Virus record (IMG/VR): IMGVR_UViG_3300029305_009617
Strand: one strand, 5' to 3'
Length of the DNA: 64,000 nucleotides
Source of the DNA: an uncultured virus (IMG/VR IMGVR_UViG_3300029305_009617)
Taxonomy: Duplodnaviria; Heunggongvirae; Uroviricota; Caudoviricetes
The notes under the pieces were generated by a model that ran no database searches, was not told the origin of the DNA, and worked only from the letters and a program-made list of their open reading frames with translations. Below, piece by piece: positions 19,132-28,543 of this stretch. Numbering within the stretch: position 1 is the first letter of the stretch; the number at the start of each line of letters is the position of its first letter. Position numbers and translations under genes: made by a program.

Positions 19132-20799
19132 ATGGATTATCGTGATGATAAACATTATGTCATGGCAACTGTTTTATGTGATGAATTAAGTTCCGATTTA
19201 TCCACCTATTTTTTATCACATATTAATAATACTTCTTTGGAAGACGTTTTTTTTGACCATATGAAAGAATGGTTCTTTGAAAAGCTTAGTCTTAATTTGC
19301 CCCAGGAAATGAATTTTTTAAATTTAGTATATTTTACATATGAAGATATTATTGCGACTTTTGAAGATTCATCAAAGGCCTACTCCGCCCTCTTAAAAGA
19401 AAAGTTAAACCGTAGAGATTATCTTTTTCGAGTAATAAAAGAAGAATACATGGGTTCTCCCAAGCCGCGAAATCCGTTGTATTTAAAATCTCAAGCAGAC
19501 AAATATTTTTCCATAATGGAAACAGATTCTAGTTTAGTAAGATATGAGAGTAAGCAGGACTATATCAATGCAGCGTATCAGGAAATAGAACAGTGGAAAA
19601 AAGATGGTGACTATATATTTAAATTTCGTTTTTTCTCAAAGTTAGATAATTCTCGTAAAATGTCCTATTTTATTACTGATTTAGAACTCGAAATTGTTAC
19701 CATTATCACTCAAAAATATTATGGGAAATACGATGGAAATATAACCTCATTGCCGGAATATTTTGTTAGAACCCCTTTCTTTTCTTTTAAACCAGATACA
19801 AAAGAGGGTGAATTATCAGTTGAAGATGACCGGGTTGTTTCTAAAAACGTATATAAATATGTTGATGAAGAAACAAATAATGTTAATGTATTAGAAACTA
19901 TTATTGATGAACAAAGTGGCAATTTTACATCCTATGATGAAAAAGAAAAAGAATATCTTATATCCCAATTAAGAAATCAGGGAACCATAAAAACTTCTTT
20001 TGATGTATTGGATACCCGGGATGAAGCAGTATTGGCAACAATATATTCTTCATTCAGTGCAGATTCATTATCAGAGGATTGGATAAGATATAAAGGACGT
20101 TCTTTTGTTGGACAGGTATTGGGTAAATCAACTTTTAGAGCCAGGGACGTTAAACAGGTTTTAAATAGTTTAGATAAACTTGCAAATACTGTCGCACGTA
20201 CGGAACAACATGATGAAATGGGTAATTTAATTGGGCGAGGAACATTATCCTTTTTTGATGTCCGTTATGGAATTGCCGGAAATAGTAACAGCACCTTTTC
20301 TGTCTCTTTAGACATGAAAAATCAAGACCAAATTCATTATTCAACATCTTCCGAATTGCCGGAAAAAATATTAACCAGTAATGATTTAATGATTGAAATT
20401 GCTCCGAGTGCTTATTTAAAAACAATTTGGAGAGAGCGTATTAATACTGAAATTTATACAAAACATTATATCGAGATCAGCTCTTCTAAAGCAAAATCTA
20501 TCATGATGCTACTGCAAAATGAACGCGTCAGGTTATATCCTCAATCTAAATTAACTTTTTCTTATGCAACCTTAAGAACTCGGCTGCATCTTGAAATGAA
20601 GTTGAATGTTTTGAAAAGAGATTTAGGACAGCAGCTACAGGAACTGATTGATAAAAAAATTATTGTGGACTCCTTCAATTTTGGAACCAGCGGTTTAACT
20701 GTTTATCTATTACCGTTTACGCAATTGGAAAAAATATTATATAAAATTGAAACACCAATTACGGAAGAATTTCGCATAGATTCTTCCGATAATGAATAA
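19132..20799 (+). CDS. Putative replication initiator protein
   Basis: Large ORF at the gene-strand switch, directly upstream of the iterons; wHTH-like C-terminus; AAGGAG before ATG 19132. Positional inference. Confidence 0.5.
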   Translation: MDYRDDKHYVMATVLCDELSSDLSTYFLSHINNTSLEDVFFDHMKEWFFEKLSLNLPQEMNFLNLVYFTYEDIIATFEDSSKAYSALLKEKLNRRDYLFRVIKEEYMGSPKPRNPLYLKSQADKYFSIMETDSSLVRYESKQDYINAAYQEIEQWKKDGDYIFKFRFFSKLDNSRKMSYFITDLELEIVTIITQKYYGKYDGNITSLPEYFVRTPFFSFKPDTKEGELSVEDDRVVSKNVYKYVDEETNNVNVLETIIDEQSGNFTSYDEKEKEYLISQLRNQGTIKTSFDVLDTRDEAVLATIYSSFSADSLSEDWIRYKGRSFVGQVLGKSTFRARDVKQVLNSLDKLANTVARTEQHDEMGNLIGRGTLSFFDVRYGIAGNSNSTFSVSLDMKNQDQIHYSTSSELPEKILTSNDLMIEIAPSAYLKTIWRERINTEIYTKHYIEISSSKAKSIMMLLQNERVRLYPQSKLTFSYATLRTRLHLEMKLNVLKRDLGQQLQELIDKKIIVDSFNFGTSGLTVYLLPFTQLEKILYKIETPITEEFRIDSSDNE

Positions 20800-20824
20800 G
20801 AGAGCATAAAGGTGCTCTCTTATT
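20796..20824. terminator. Terminator-like hairpin after the rep-like gene
   Basis: ATAAGAGAGCA-taaagg-TGCTCTCTTAT. Confidence 0.6.
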
Positions 20825-21050
20825 CATTTTTAAGAATAAAATGCGTACTTTTTGTACTCTTTAATTCTTAAAATATAATTTTAAGAATGCTAAAAATAAT
20901 ACTATACCATGTAACTAATTCTTAAAATGATTCTATATATTGTATATTCCGCCTGATTAGTTATATTTTCAGTAGGGTTTCTTCAAGAATTTGTTGAACA
21001 TACGCATTGCATTTGTATTTTCTGCTTTGTTCTTGTATCACTTGTTAAAT

Positions 21051-21211
21051 TTTAAGAATAAATCGCGTACTTTTTGTTCCCGGAAACAATATTTTAAGAA
21101 TAAATCGTGTACCTTTTGTTCCCGGAAACAATATTTTAAGAATAAATCGTGTACTTTTTGTTCCCAGAAATCTACTTTAAGAATAAATCGCGTACTTTTT
21201 GTTCCCGGAAA
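21051..21211 (+). repeat. Iterons: four tandem 41-42-bp direct repeats (putative oriV)
   Basis: TTTAAGAATAAATCGYGTACYTTTTGTTCCCRGAAA at 21051, 21093, 21135, 21176; degenerate copies near 20829 and 21408; AT-rich flanks. Confidence 0.85.
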
Positions 21212-21697
21212 ATTTTATCTATTTTCTTAAATCCCATATATTCAAGGTTTTTTTATTTTAATACCAAAACGTGCCAAAAAAATCCCCACTTAAATTTTGT
21301 TTTTTTTATAACTATTTTTTCTGAAATCAAAAGTCTATTCTAGAGTTTTTACCATATGATTCATTTTTTTCATACATATTAAGCGTTATCATTCGTAAAA
21401 TCTATATTTTAAGAATAATTTGTGCCATTTTTATTCCCTTGAAAAATAAAATTTAGCACTTTATAATCTACCTAAATAGAAAAAGGAAGTCCAGATTGGC
21501 GTCCGACTTCCTTTTCATGTGAATTATAAAAGAAACCTAATAAGGAAATATGCTAGACATTTGAAATCTATCATATAACTCCTTCATCAATTAATGCTAC
21601 ATTGGATTATCTGATGTGGTCTCTTTTGTTATACCTAATTATATTATTTATTTTTACTATTTGCAACGTATAAACACTAATTTGAGGCAAGAATTTT

Positions 21698-22666
21698 ATG
21701 AGAAATGAATTAAAGAAAATTGAATCTTGTTACAAATTGAATAGTAAAGTTGTTGAGCGGATGACAGCGCGACATGTAAAAGGACCTGATGGACAACTTT
21801 ATCCAGGCTGTTCAAAATTAATGATTGCCTGTCTTATCCATTTTTCACATATTTGCTCCGCAAATGGAGAAATCGCATCCATTCGCTTAAGTAGTTTGGA
21901 ATTAGTTCTGCGTTGTGATAAAAGGAGTATCTATTCATGTATTCATGCCCTTGAGCAAAGAGGTTTTATTACTGTTGAGACAATTGATTCCTTTGCCGGA
22001 ATAAAAAAAATAATACTCTTAGATAATGATTTTTCCAATGTAAATTATAAAAATAGCAGTGCTCGTTATCTAAATACAAACTATCCATTTTTTAATTATC
22101 GTGGTGATAAAGGTTATGAAACTTTTCTTAACCTTTCTTTGTATTCTATGCGATTACTCATTTATTTACTCTACAATTATAATTCCTCTTTAGGATACAG
22201 AACCTCTTACGATAACTTATGTTTAAAGTTATCCATAAAGAAAAGATTTCGAATTCAACGCTATTTAAAAGAATTAGAGCCTCTCATAGGAGAAAATTAT
22301 TTTCAATCTTCAAAGAATATTATAAAAAGGTATGTTTATGGTTCCATTTCCATTCGTAGCAATCAGTATCGAATTAAACCAAACACTCGTTATGAACAAT
22401 CTCAGGAGACATATTATACATTTTATTTAAAAGAACGTATGATTCAGTTTGGTTTCGATAAAATCACTAATGTTGGCACATTACATAAGTTTGCAGCACG
22501 TGTAGGTTCCATTGTCAACACATTTCTGCAAAAAAATCTTTCTCTTAAATTGGTTGAAAATACAGTATTTACAATTATAACAGACCATTACATATTAGAT
22601 GAAACAACTTTGACTGATATATATAAGAGATTATTGTTTTTAGCAGCTCCATCATATAATTTATAA
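21698..22666 (+). CDS. Winged-helix protein, probably replication-associated
   Basis: Two HTH-like segments (LELVLRCDKRSIYSCIHALEQRGFI; LCLKLSIKKRFRIQRYLKEL). Confidence 0.5.
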   Translation: MRNELKKIESCYKLNSKVVERMTARHVKGPDGQLYPGCSKLMIACLIHFSHICSANGEIASIRLSSLELVLRCDKRSIYSCIHALEQRGFITVETIDSFAGIKKIILLDNDFSNVNYKNSSARYLNTNYPFFNYRGDKGYETFLNLSLYSMRLLIYLLYNYNSSLGYRTSYDNLCLKLSIKKRFRIQRYLKELEPLIGENYFQSSKNIIKRYVYGSISIRSNQYRIKPNTRYEQSQETYYTFYLKERMIQFGFDKITNVGTLHKFAARVGSIVNTFLQKNLSLKLVENTVFTIITDHYILDETTLTDIYKRLLFLAAPSYNL

Positions 22667-23222
22667 GAACTATTAAGGTTTACAATATATGTAAGCCTTT
22701 TTCTCGTGTAATTATTGTAATTAAATATAAATTTGAATACAAAGATAAATCGCAAAATGCAAATGTTGATATTAAAAATTCCGATTTCCCATTTAAAAAT
22801 TAGGAGTTTTTATTTTTTTCACATCTATTTTGAAATATGACGAACCTTTGAATGGTAATACACAATATAATGATTCATTATGAACAATTATTATAAAGTG
22901 ATTAGTATGGAATATACACATAGATAGTTTATTTTCATTATCTCTTATATATTCCTCTTAAAATACCATTTTTTATTCTTACCATATTTGAATATATTTG
23001 TTTATTACTTACATAACACTTGCATTTTTTTAAAAAATATCTATAATATAACTATCATTTATTATTATTCGAGAAATTAACTAACATGTAATTTTTGATT
23101 AGTTAATTTCATTTGAAGTCGGTTAACCAGATAGAGGTTAAGCGGCTATTTTTGCGTCTAAAAATACTTACTTTAGACGTTTCTCAAGTTGAGAATTATT
23201 GCCTCAACAGAAAGGAGGGCGA

Positions 23223-24644
23223 ATGGGCTGTATAAAAGAAACAATAAGTTCTGCAGAACCCTGTTTAATCTGCGGAAAACCAGATTATTGTTACAGGCTC
23301 ATATTTGAGGACGGCTCAACATTGCATTGCTGTGCACGTACAGAGTCGTCTTCGGTTATTTCTAATGGTATGGAATTTGTATTTATCAAGGAGAAAGATA
23401 CACCAATTGGCAAGTACTTCTATTATCAGGAAAAAACCGAGCAGGAGAAACATAGAGCGGCTTATTTGGAAAGGTTGATAGCATCCGGCCAGTATAATGC
23501 GGGATATAAAACAAACAGACCTAAAATGAGCACAAGTGTAACAACTATTGTTTCTTCCCAAAAGGACACTTATATTCCCGGAGAGTGTCCGGTTGCATCG
23601 ATTGATAGGCTTGATAAAGTTTATACTCGGTTGATGCAGCTTTTAGTTCTAGAACCATCAGATTTATTAAAGCTGAAAAGGGACTGGAATAGTGATATTA
23701 CAGGTGATAAGTTTACAGATTTAATTCTTAAGACGTATCCTATAAAATCTTTACCGCCGGGAGATAATAAAAGATCTGTTTTAAAACGAAAAGTTTCAAG
23801 CAGATTAAGAAGGGACATAGCTTGCCAAATTTTTAAAGAGTTTGGTAGTTTGGCAGGTATTCCAGGTTTTTATCAGGAGAATGATGGGGCGTGGAGTATT
23901 GCAGGTTCCGAAGGGATTCTTTTCCCATGCTATAATGCAGAAGGAAAATTAATCCGTCTTCGCATCAGAGAGAGTTATCCTATTATAGGGACAACTTTTA
24001 ATGGTGTGGAAGGGAGTATGAAACATACTATTTCCAAATATGGAGATGATTTATGGTTCTTTTATCCCAAAGGCAGTAATGAGTCTGAACTTGTGTGGGG
24101 TAATCGAGTTCAGAAAATTACACTAGGAAAGGATGGGTGTCCTAAAGGTAAGGCTAGCGGTAAATACAAAAATCTTGCGTCTATATATGAAAAGAAAGAT
24201 GAAGAAGGAATTTCGTATAACGCTTACCGAAATGGAACCAGATCCGGCAGTTCACTCTCTGTATACGATAAATATGCAACGAATTATTCTGTAGTGTATA
24301 TAACAGAGGGAGAGAAGAAAGCAATTGTTGCTAATATGCTCTTAAAGGCTCCGGTTATAAGTTTACCTGGAACAGGTACCTTTATGAAGTTATTTGAACC
24401 GGATGAAAACGGTTTGTCTGTTATAGATAAACTGATAGCCAAGGGGTTAAAATTAGCAGTAATCGCCTATGATGCAGATAAAGGAGAGAATATTCGAGTA
24501 TTATCTGCAGAGCAAGGAGCAATTGCTGAATTTAAAAAAAGACAGATATCCATTGCTATTGGAGAATGGAATGCAAATTTTGGCAAGGGGTTAGATGATA
24601 TCCTGGTAGCGGGTATTATGCCATCTGTCTATATGTGTGATTAG
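23223..24644 (+). CDS. Zn-finger plus TOPRIM primase-like protein (DUF3854-like)
   Basis: PCLICGKPDYC, YITEGEKKA, IAYDAD and KGLDD motifs; AGGAGGG RBS. Confidence 0.75.
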   Translation: MGCIKETISSAEPCLICGKPDYCYRLIFEDGSTLHCCARTESSSVISNGMEFVFIKEKDTPIGKYFYYQEKTEQEKHRAAYLERLIASGQYNAGYKTNRPKMSTSVTTIVSSQKDTYIPGECPVASIDRLDKVYTRLMQLLVLEPSDLLKLKRDWNSDITGDKFTDLILKTYPIKSLPPGDNKRSVLKRKVSSRLRRDIACQIFKEFGSLAGIPGFYQENDGAWSIAGSEGILFPCYNAEGKLIRLRIRESYPIIGTTFNGVEGSMKHTISKYGDDLWFFYPKGSNESELVWGNRVQKITLGKDGCPKGKASGKYKNLASIYEKKDEEGISYNAYRNGTRSGSSLSVYDKYATNYSVVYITEGEKKAIVANMLLKAPVISLPGTGTFMKLFEPDENGLSVIDKLIAKGLKLAVIAYDADKGENIRVLSAEQGAIAEFKKRQISIAIGEWNANFGKGLDDILVAGIMPSVYMCD

Positions 24645-24692
24645 AAAGGTGCTATATAGCACCTTTCTTTTTTATAGATTTTCTAGAAATGG

Positions 24693-24723
24693 TTGCCTTT
24701 CATATGTACAATTCGAATAATTA
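24693..24723 (+). promoter_or_regulatory. Conserved tra-type promoter, copy 2
   Basis: TTGCCT-N17-AATAAT with central TGTACA. Confidence 0.8.
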
Positions 24724-25027
24724 TAAGTGTAGGTTTTTGCTATTCGTTTATTTTTCGTAAAAAGAATGATTTTCATTCTATGTAAAAGATTTGTTGAGAT
24801 ACTTAGCTTAAGATGATGCAGGTTAGGTAGAAAGAATTGGAAGGGCAATTTTTTATTTTTAGGCGTATTAATTTTTATTTTCTCTTACGGAGAACTGAGA
24901 ATAGTATGTTTTAGGTAAGCAGGGTATCGCCCCTCTCTTGCCTTGCTTAAAGGGATATTCAGTTCCTCAAGGCATGGAACGGCAGCTGTGAAGTGCCTTT
25001 TAATAAAATTACAAGGAATCGAAAATT

Positions 25028-25540
25028 ATGACAGGACAAGCACATTTATTAGGAGGAGCATTAATGGGTGCTTCTTATATGGTTAATACAAATTTGACAG
25101 TTGGTGTACCTTTTTTTATCGGGTCTTTAGTTGGTTCGGTTTTTCCGGATATAGATAGCGGACAGTCTACGATTAGTAATAAAGTTCCTTTATTATCATT
25201 TATAACAAGATTATTTGTAGGGCATAGGGGAATAATTCACACGCCGTTATTTCTGATTATTATAAGTATTATAATTCAGTGTATGCAAACTGTGTTACAA
25301 TTTTCAGAACACATTTTATATGGTTTCATTTGCGGTTATTTATGTCATCTATTGCAAGATGCAATGACGAGACAAGGAATTAAATGGTTATATCCACTTA
25401 CAAATAAGAATTATCGTATTTTAACTTTACGGAGCGGGAAAGGCTTTTTCTCAGGCTTTATTGAAACAGCTCTAACGATTTTGATTGTTAGTATAATACT
25501 GTTTTTTATTATTTTATTAGGAGGATTTTTATATGAGTAA
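25028..25540 (+). CDS. Metal-dependent membrane hydrolase (YdjM-like)
   Basis: AHLLGG, FPDID, GHRGIIHT and HLLQD motifs. Confidence 0.8.
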   Translation: MTGQAHLLGGALMGASYMVNTNLTVGVPFFIGSLVGSVFPDIDSGQSTISNKVPLLSFITRLFVGHRGIIHTPLFLIIISIIIQCMQTVLQFSEHILYGFICGYLCHLLQDAMTRQGIKWLYPLTNKNYRILTLRSGKGFFSGFIETALTILIVSIILFFIILLGGFLYE

Positions 25541-27821
25541 AAAGTTAAACATAGTAGTTGGACTAAAAGACAATAAGCAGTGTAGAAAATTAGAAAGCAG
25601 TATTCGGCCTATTATGGAAAATATGTTAACCGAAGATTGTGAGTTAGAAAATTTAGAGATTACCTATGAAAAATCTTTCTTTGACGATTGCGTTGCTGCC
25701 GGTTTTGTAAATGTTGGGATTATGCTTGAAAAATTTGACAATATTGCAATCGGCCAAGGAACTATTAAGGTGTGGAGTAATTTAAATCCGGATATTCACC
25801 TGATACTCGTTATGGATGACTTAAAAAAATCATCGGCAAAGGCGCATGGATTGTATAAAAGAGAATATTATAACGGACTTTTTTTAAGTGATTTTTTAAG
25901 TAGTGAAATGATGCGTGTTATTTTACATGGAAGAACAAAAGAAGAAGCTTATGAGTATTATGGCATGGATGAATACTATAAAAATCGTGAGTTAGAAGAA
26001 AAGGGAAAACTAATATCTGATATTGAAGTGGTTTCAACGGATATAGAAAAGGATGTGTCCGGGAAAAGTGATGATACTAAGATATCTTCTTCATATGTAT
26101 CTCTTAATTCAGATAAAGTAACCACTACAAGCGAGAATATGATAGCTGTATCCGAATCATTAAACATACAGTCGATGAAAAAATTACCAGAGATAGATAG
26201 CCAAAGTGATTTGCCGAGAACATCATCTATAGCAGAAGAAAAAGATTTTGAACAGAAACCAATTGTTTTAGGAGAAATAAGTAATAATAGCAGAGAGGAT
26301 ACCCCAAGTAATAATAATACTGCAATAGAGCAGATAGATATTATGACTTTGCAAGATGAAGAAGAACTTTCTGAGTCCAAAAATGTATCTATTATAAATG
26401 ATAATGATTGGACTAAATTTTCTACTACGGTTAAAAAAAGTGTGGTAACAAAAGATATTATAAAAACAAAGAATAAAAAAGGTATTTCAGTTAAGCAAGT
26501 TATAGAGGCTATAAATTCATATGCTACAGACGATGTTTTTTTTCAGAATATTGTAGATGAAGCAGAATTAATTATTCATGATAACGAACAGGAACTGACA
26601 CAGCAAATGAGTAGCAATGAAGATGTGTCAAAAATGTTTAATGACGTTATCGATTATTACTCATATAAAAATGAAGTTGAACTGAATAAAGCATTATCAC
26701 TTATCGATAATCAGCAGTCAATGGATTATTTTTTAGCAACTGTTCAGGACTATATAGATATGATAAATGAACAAACATATCATGTAGAAAAGGGAGATGT
26801 ATTAGGGGAAGTATTTTATTTATTTTTAAGATTTATTTTGGAATATGATATTTTGACAGATTTTATAGAGGATGACTCTGTTACATCTATACATGTTGTT
26901 GATTGGAATAAAATTCGTATAAAAAAAGGTACAAGGCGGTATTCTGTTAAAAATACATTTATAAGTGAGTCATATTATATGCGGTTTGTGGCTAATTTAA
27001 AAATCAGAAATATGAAAAGTATGATGTCTGACCACTTATCAACTTATTTTACAGATAAAAAGGTATCGGATAAATTTATATGTAATGTCTTTATTACTAA
27101 TGAATTTGTGTCGAATACTGGCAGACCGGAAATCCTTATTAAAAAAAATCGTAAAGAACGGTTTACAATTAAGGAATTGCTTGGAAATAAATTGACGTTA
27201 GCAGCAGCAGCACTTTTGATTACTGCTATTAAAAATGGAGAAAGTATTTTATTTGTAGGTCCTGCTTCTTGTGGCGCAACATCTTTGATGAACACATTAT
27301 TAGAATATATTCCAAGGGAAAAAAGTGGTGTTGTTTTGCAACATAAAGACGAAATCGCAGCTGTTGAACATCCGGAACTTATCATTCAGCATCCAGCAAC
27401 TGTTCGAATAAAATCTGAAAACGTTAATAATACAGAAGTTAGTGCGGTTACATCTTATTCAATTTTAGATATTGCGGCATCTGCTTTAAATCTGGATGTA
27501 GATTATTATGTGATGGTTGATGTGGTAGGAAGTGAAGCTGCCTCATTTTATAAAGCTTTTGATAAAGGATTTGTAACATGGGGAAATATTCAAGCAAAAA
27601 GTGTTACAGGTGGCTTGCAACGTCTTGCAGATATTATTCTTGCAAGCGAACCGGATTTATCCAGAGATTCCGTATGTAATGTAATTGCTAATAAATTCAG
27701 TATCGTTGTATATATGGAAAAACTTAGGGTTGTTAGTATCAGTAAAGTTTCTTCAGATGGTTATGATTCTGAAAAACATGAATTTCACGTGGAAGAAGTT
27801 ATAAATAATAAAAGAAAATAA
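25533..27821 (+). CDS. CpaF/VirB11-like secretion ATPase with degenerate Walker motifs
   Basis: C-terminal half fits the T2SS-E/CpaF layout (DDSVTSIHV, SILFVGPASCGATSLMNTL); Walker A Lys absent. Confidence 0.65.
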   Translation: MSKKLNIVVGLKDNKQCRKLESSIRPIMENMLTEDCELENLEITYEKSFFDDCVAAGFVNVGIMLEKFDNIAIGQGTIKVWSNLNPDIHLILVMDDLKKSSAKAHGLYKREYYNGLFLSDFLSSEMMRVILHGRTKEEAYEYYGMDEYYKNRELEEKGKLISDIEVVSTDIEKDVSGKSDDTKISSSYVSLNSDKVTTTSENMIAVSESLNIQSMKKLPEIDSQSDLPRTSSIAEEKDFEQKPIVLGEISNNSREDTPSNNNTAIEQIDIMTLQDEEELSESKNVSIINDNDWTKFSTTVKKSVVTKDIIKTKNKKGISVKQVIEAINSYATDDVFFQNIVDEAELIIHDNEQELTQQMSSNEDVSKMFNDVIDYYSYKNEVELNKALSLIDNQQSMDYFLATVQDYIDMINEQTYHVEKGDVLGEVFYLFLRFILEYDILTDFIEDDSVTSIHVVDWNKIRIKKGTRRYSVKNTFISESYYMRFVANLKIRNMKSMMSDHLSTYFTDKKVSDKFICNVFITNEFVSNTGRPEILIKKNRKERFTIKELLGNKLTLAAAALLITAIKNGESILFVGPASCGATSLMNTLLEYIPREKSGVVLQHKDEIAAVEHPELIIQHPATVRIKSENVNNTEVSAVTSYSILDIAASALNLDVDYYVMVDVVGSEAASFYKAFDKGFVTWGNIQAKSVTGGLQRLADIILASEPDLSRDSVCNVIANKFSIVVYMEKLRVVSISKVSSDGYDSEKHEFHVEEVINNKRK

Positions 27822-27887
27822 TTATAATTCGTATACAAGTGTTGACTATGTACGAGGAAAGAGTTATATTTGTTTTAAATAGAACAA

Positions 27888-28499
27888 ATGTTTGGTGGTG
27901 GGAAAATGTGGATATGTGCATTATTTAGTTTCTTAGCATGTATTATTCTCTGGTATTTTCAAATAAAAAATAATGTTAAGAAAAAAAGACAAAGGAAAAA
28001 AACAAAAGCATTACGAATGCTGGAAAAGTACGCTGAACAGAGTGATTTTTCCACTGTTTATGAAAAGATTATAGATTTATATGAAATGTCCAGAACTTTA
28101 GAGGTGGAGGAGATTATTCAGAGTTCAGAGTTGCCAAGGTATGAAAAGATATCAGTTATTTCATCATTAAATAAAATACTTAACACTGGTATTGATGAAA
28201 AAACAGGGCTACATAAAAAAACGTTAATATTAGGACAAGTAATAGGATATACTATATCATTTTGCATAATTTTTTTTCTATTATTTATAAAAAAAGGTGA
28301 CATAGCGTTTATCAATATAATAATGATTTTTTCTGGTTCAAATGTCACGGTTACATTTATTAGCTATATCGTAATAGAGTCTGTAATACTAAAAAAATTA
28401 CCTTGGAGTAGGCAAAAGAATAATACAGAGGAAAAAACAGAAAGGCGATTGTTTGATAAGGCCTTTGATGTATTGGATAATATATTTGGTAATTATTAA
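27888..28499 (+). CDS. Membrane protein
   Basis: Three hydrophobic segments. Confidence 0.55.
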   Translation: MFGGGKMWICALFSFLACIILWYFQIKNNVKKKRQRKKTKALRMLEKYAEQSDFSTVYEKIIDLYEMSRTLEVEEIIQSSELPRYEKISVISSLNKILNTGIDEKTGLHKKTLILGQVIGYTISFCIIFFLLFIKKGDIAFINIIMIFSGSNVTVTFISYIVIESVILKKLPWSRQKNNTEEKTERRLFDKAFDVLDNIFGNY

Positions 28500-28543
28500 T
28501 TACGAGTGTAGCTAGCTTAGTTGCTACGGAATGGAGATAGTAT

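Noticed and set aside
21051..21211. Tandem repeats read as a second CRISPR array, and ORFs 20991-21230 and 21149-21343
   Set aside because: No unique spacers, so these are iterons; the ORFs are translations of the repeat.
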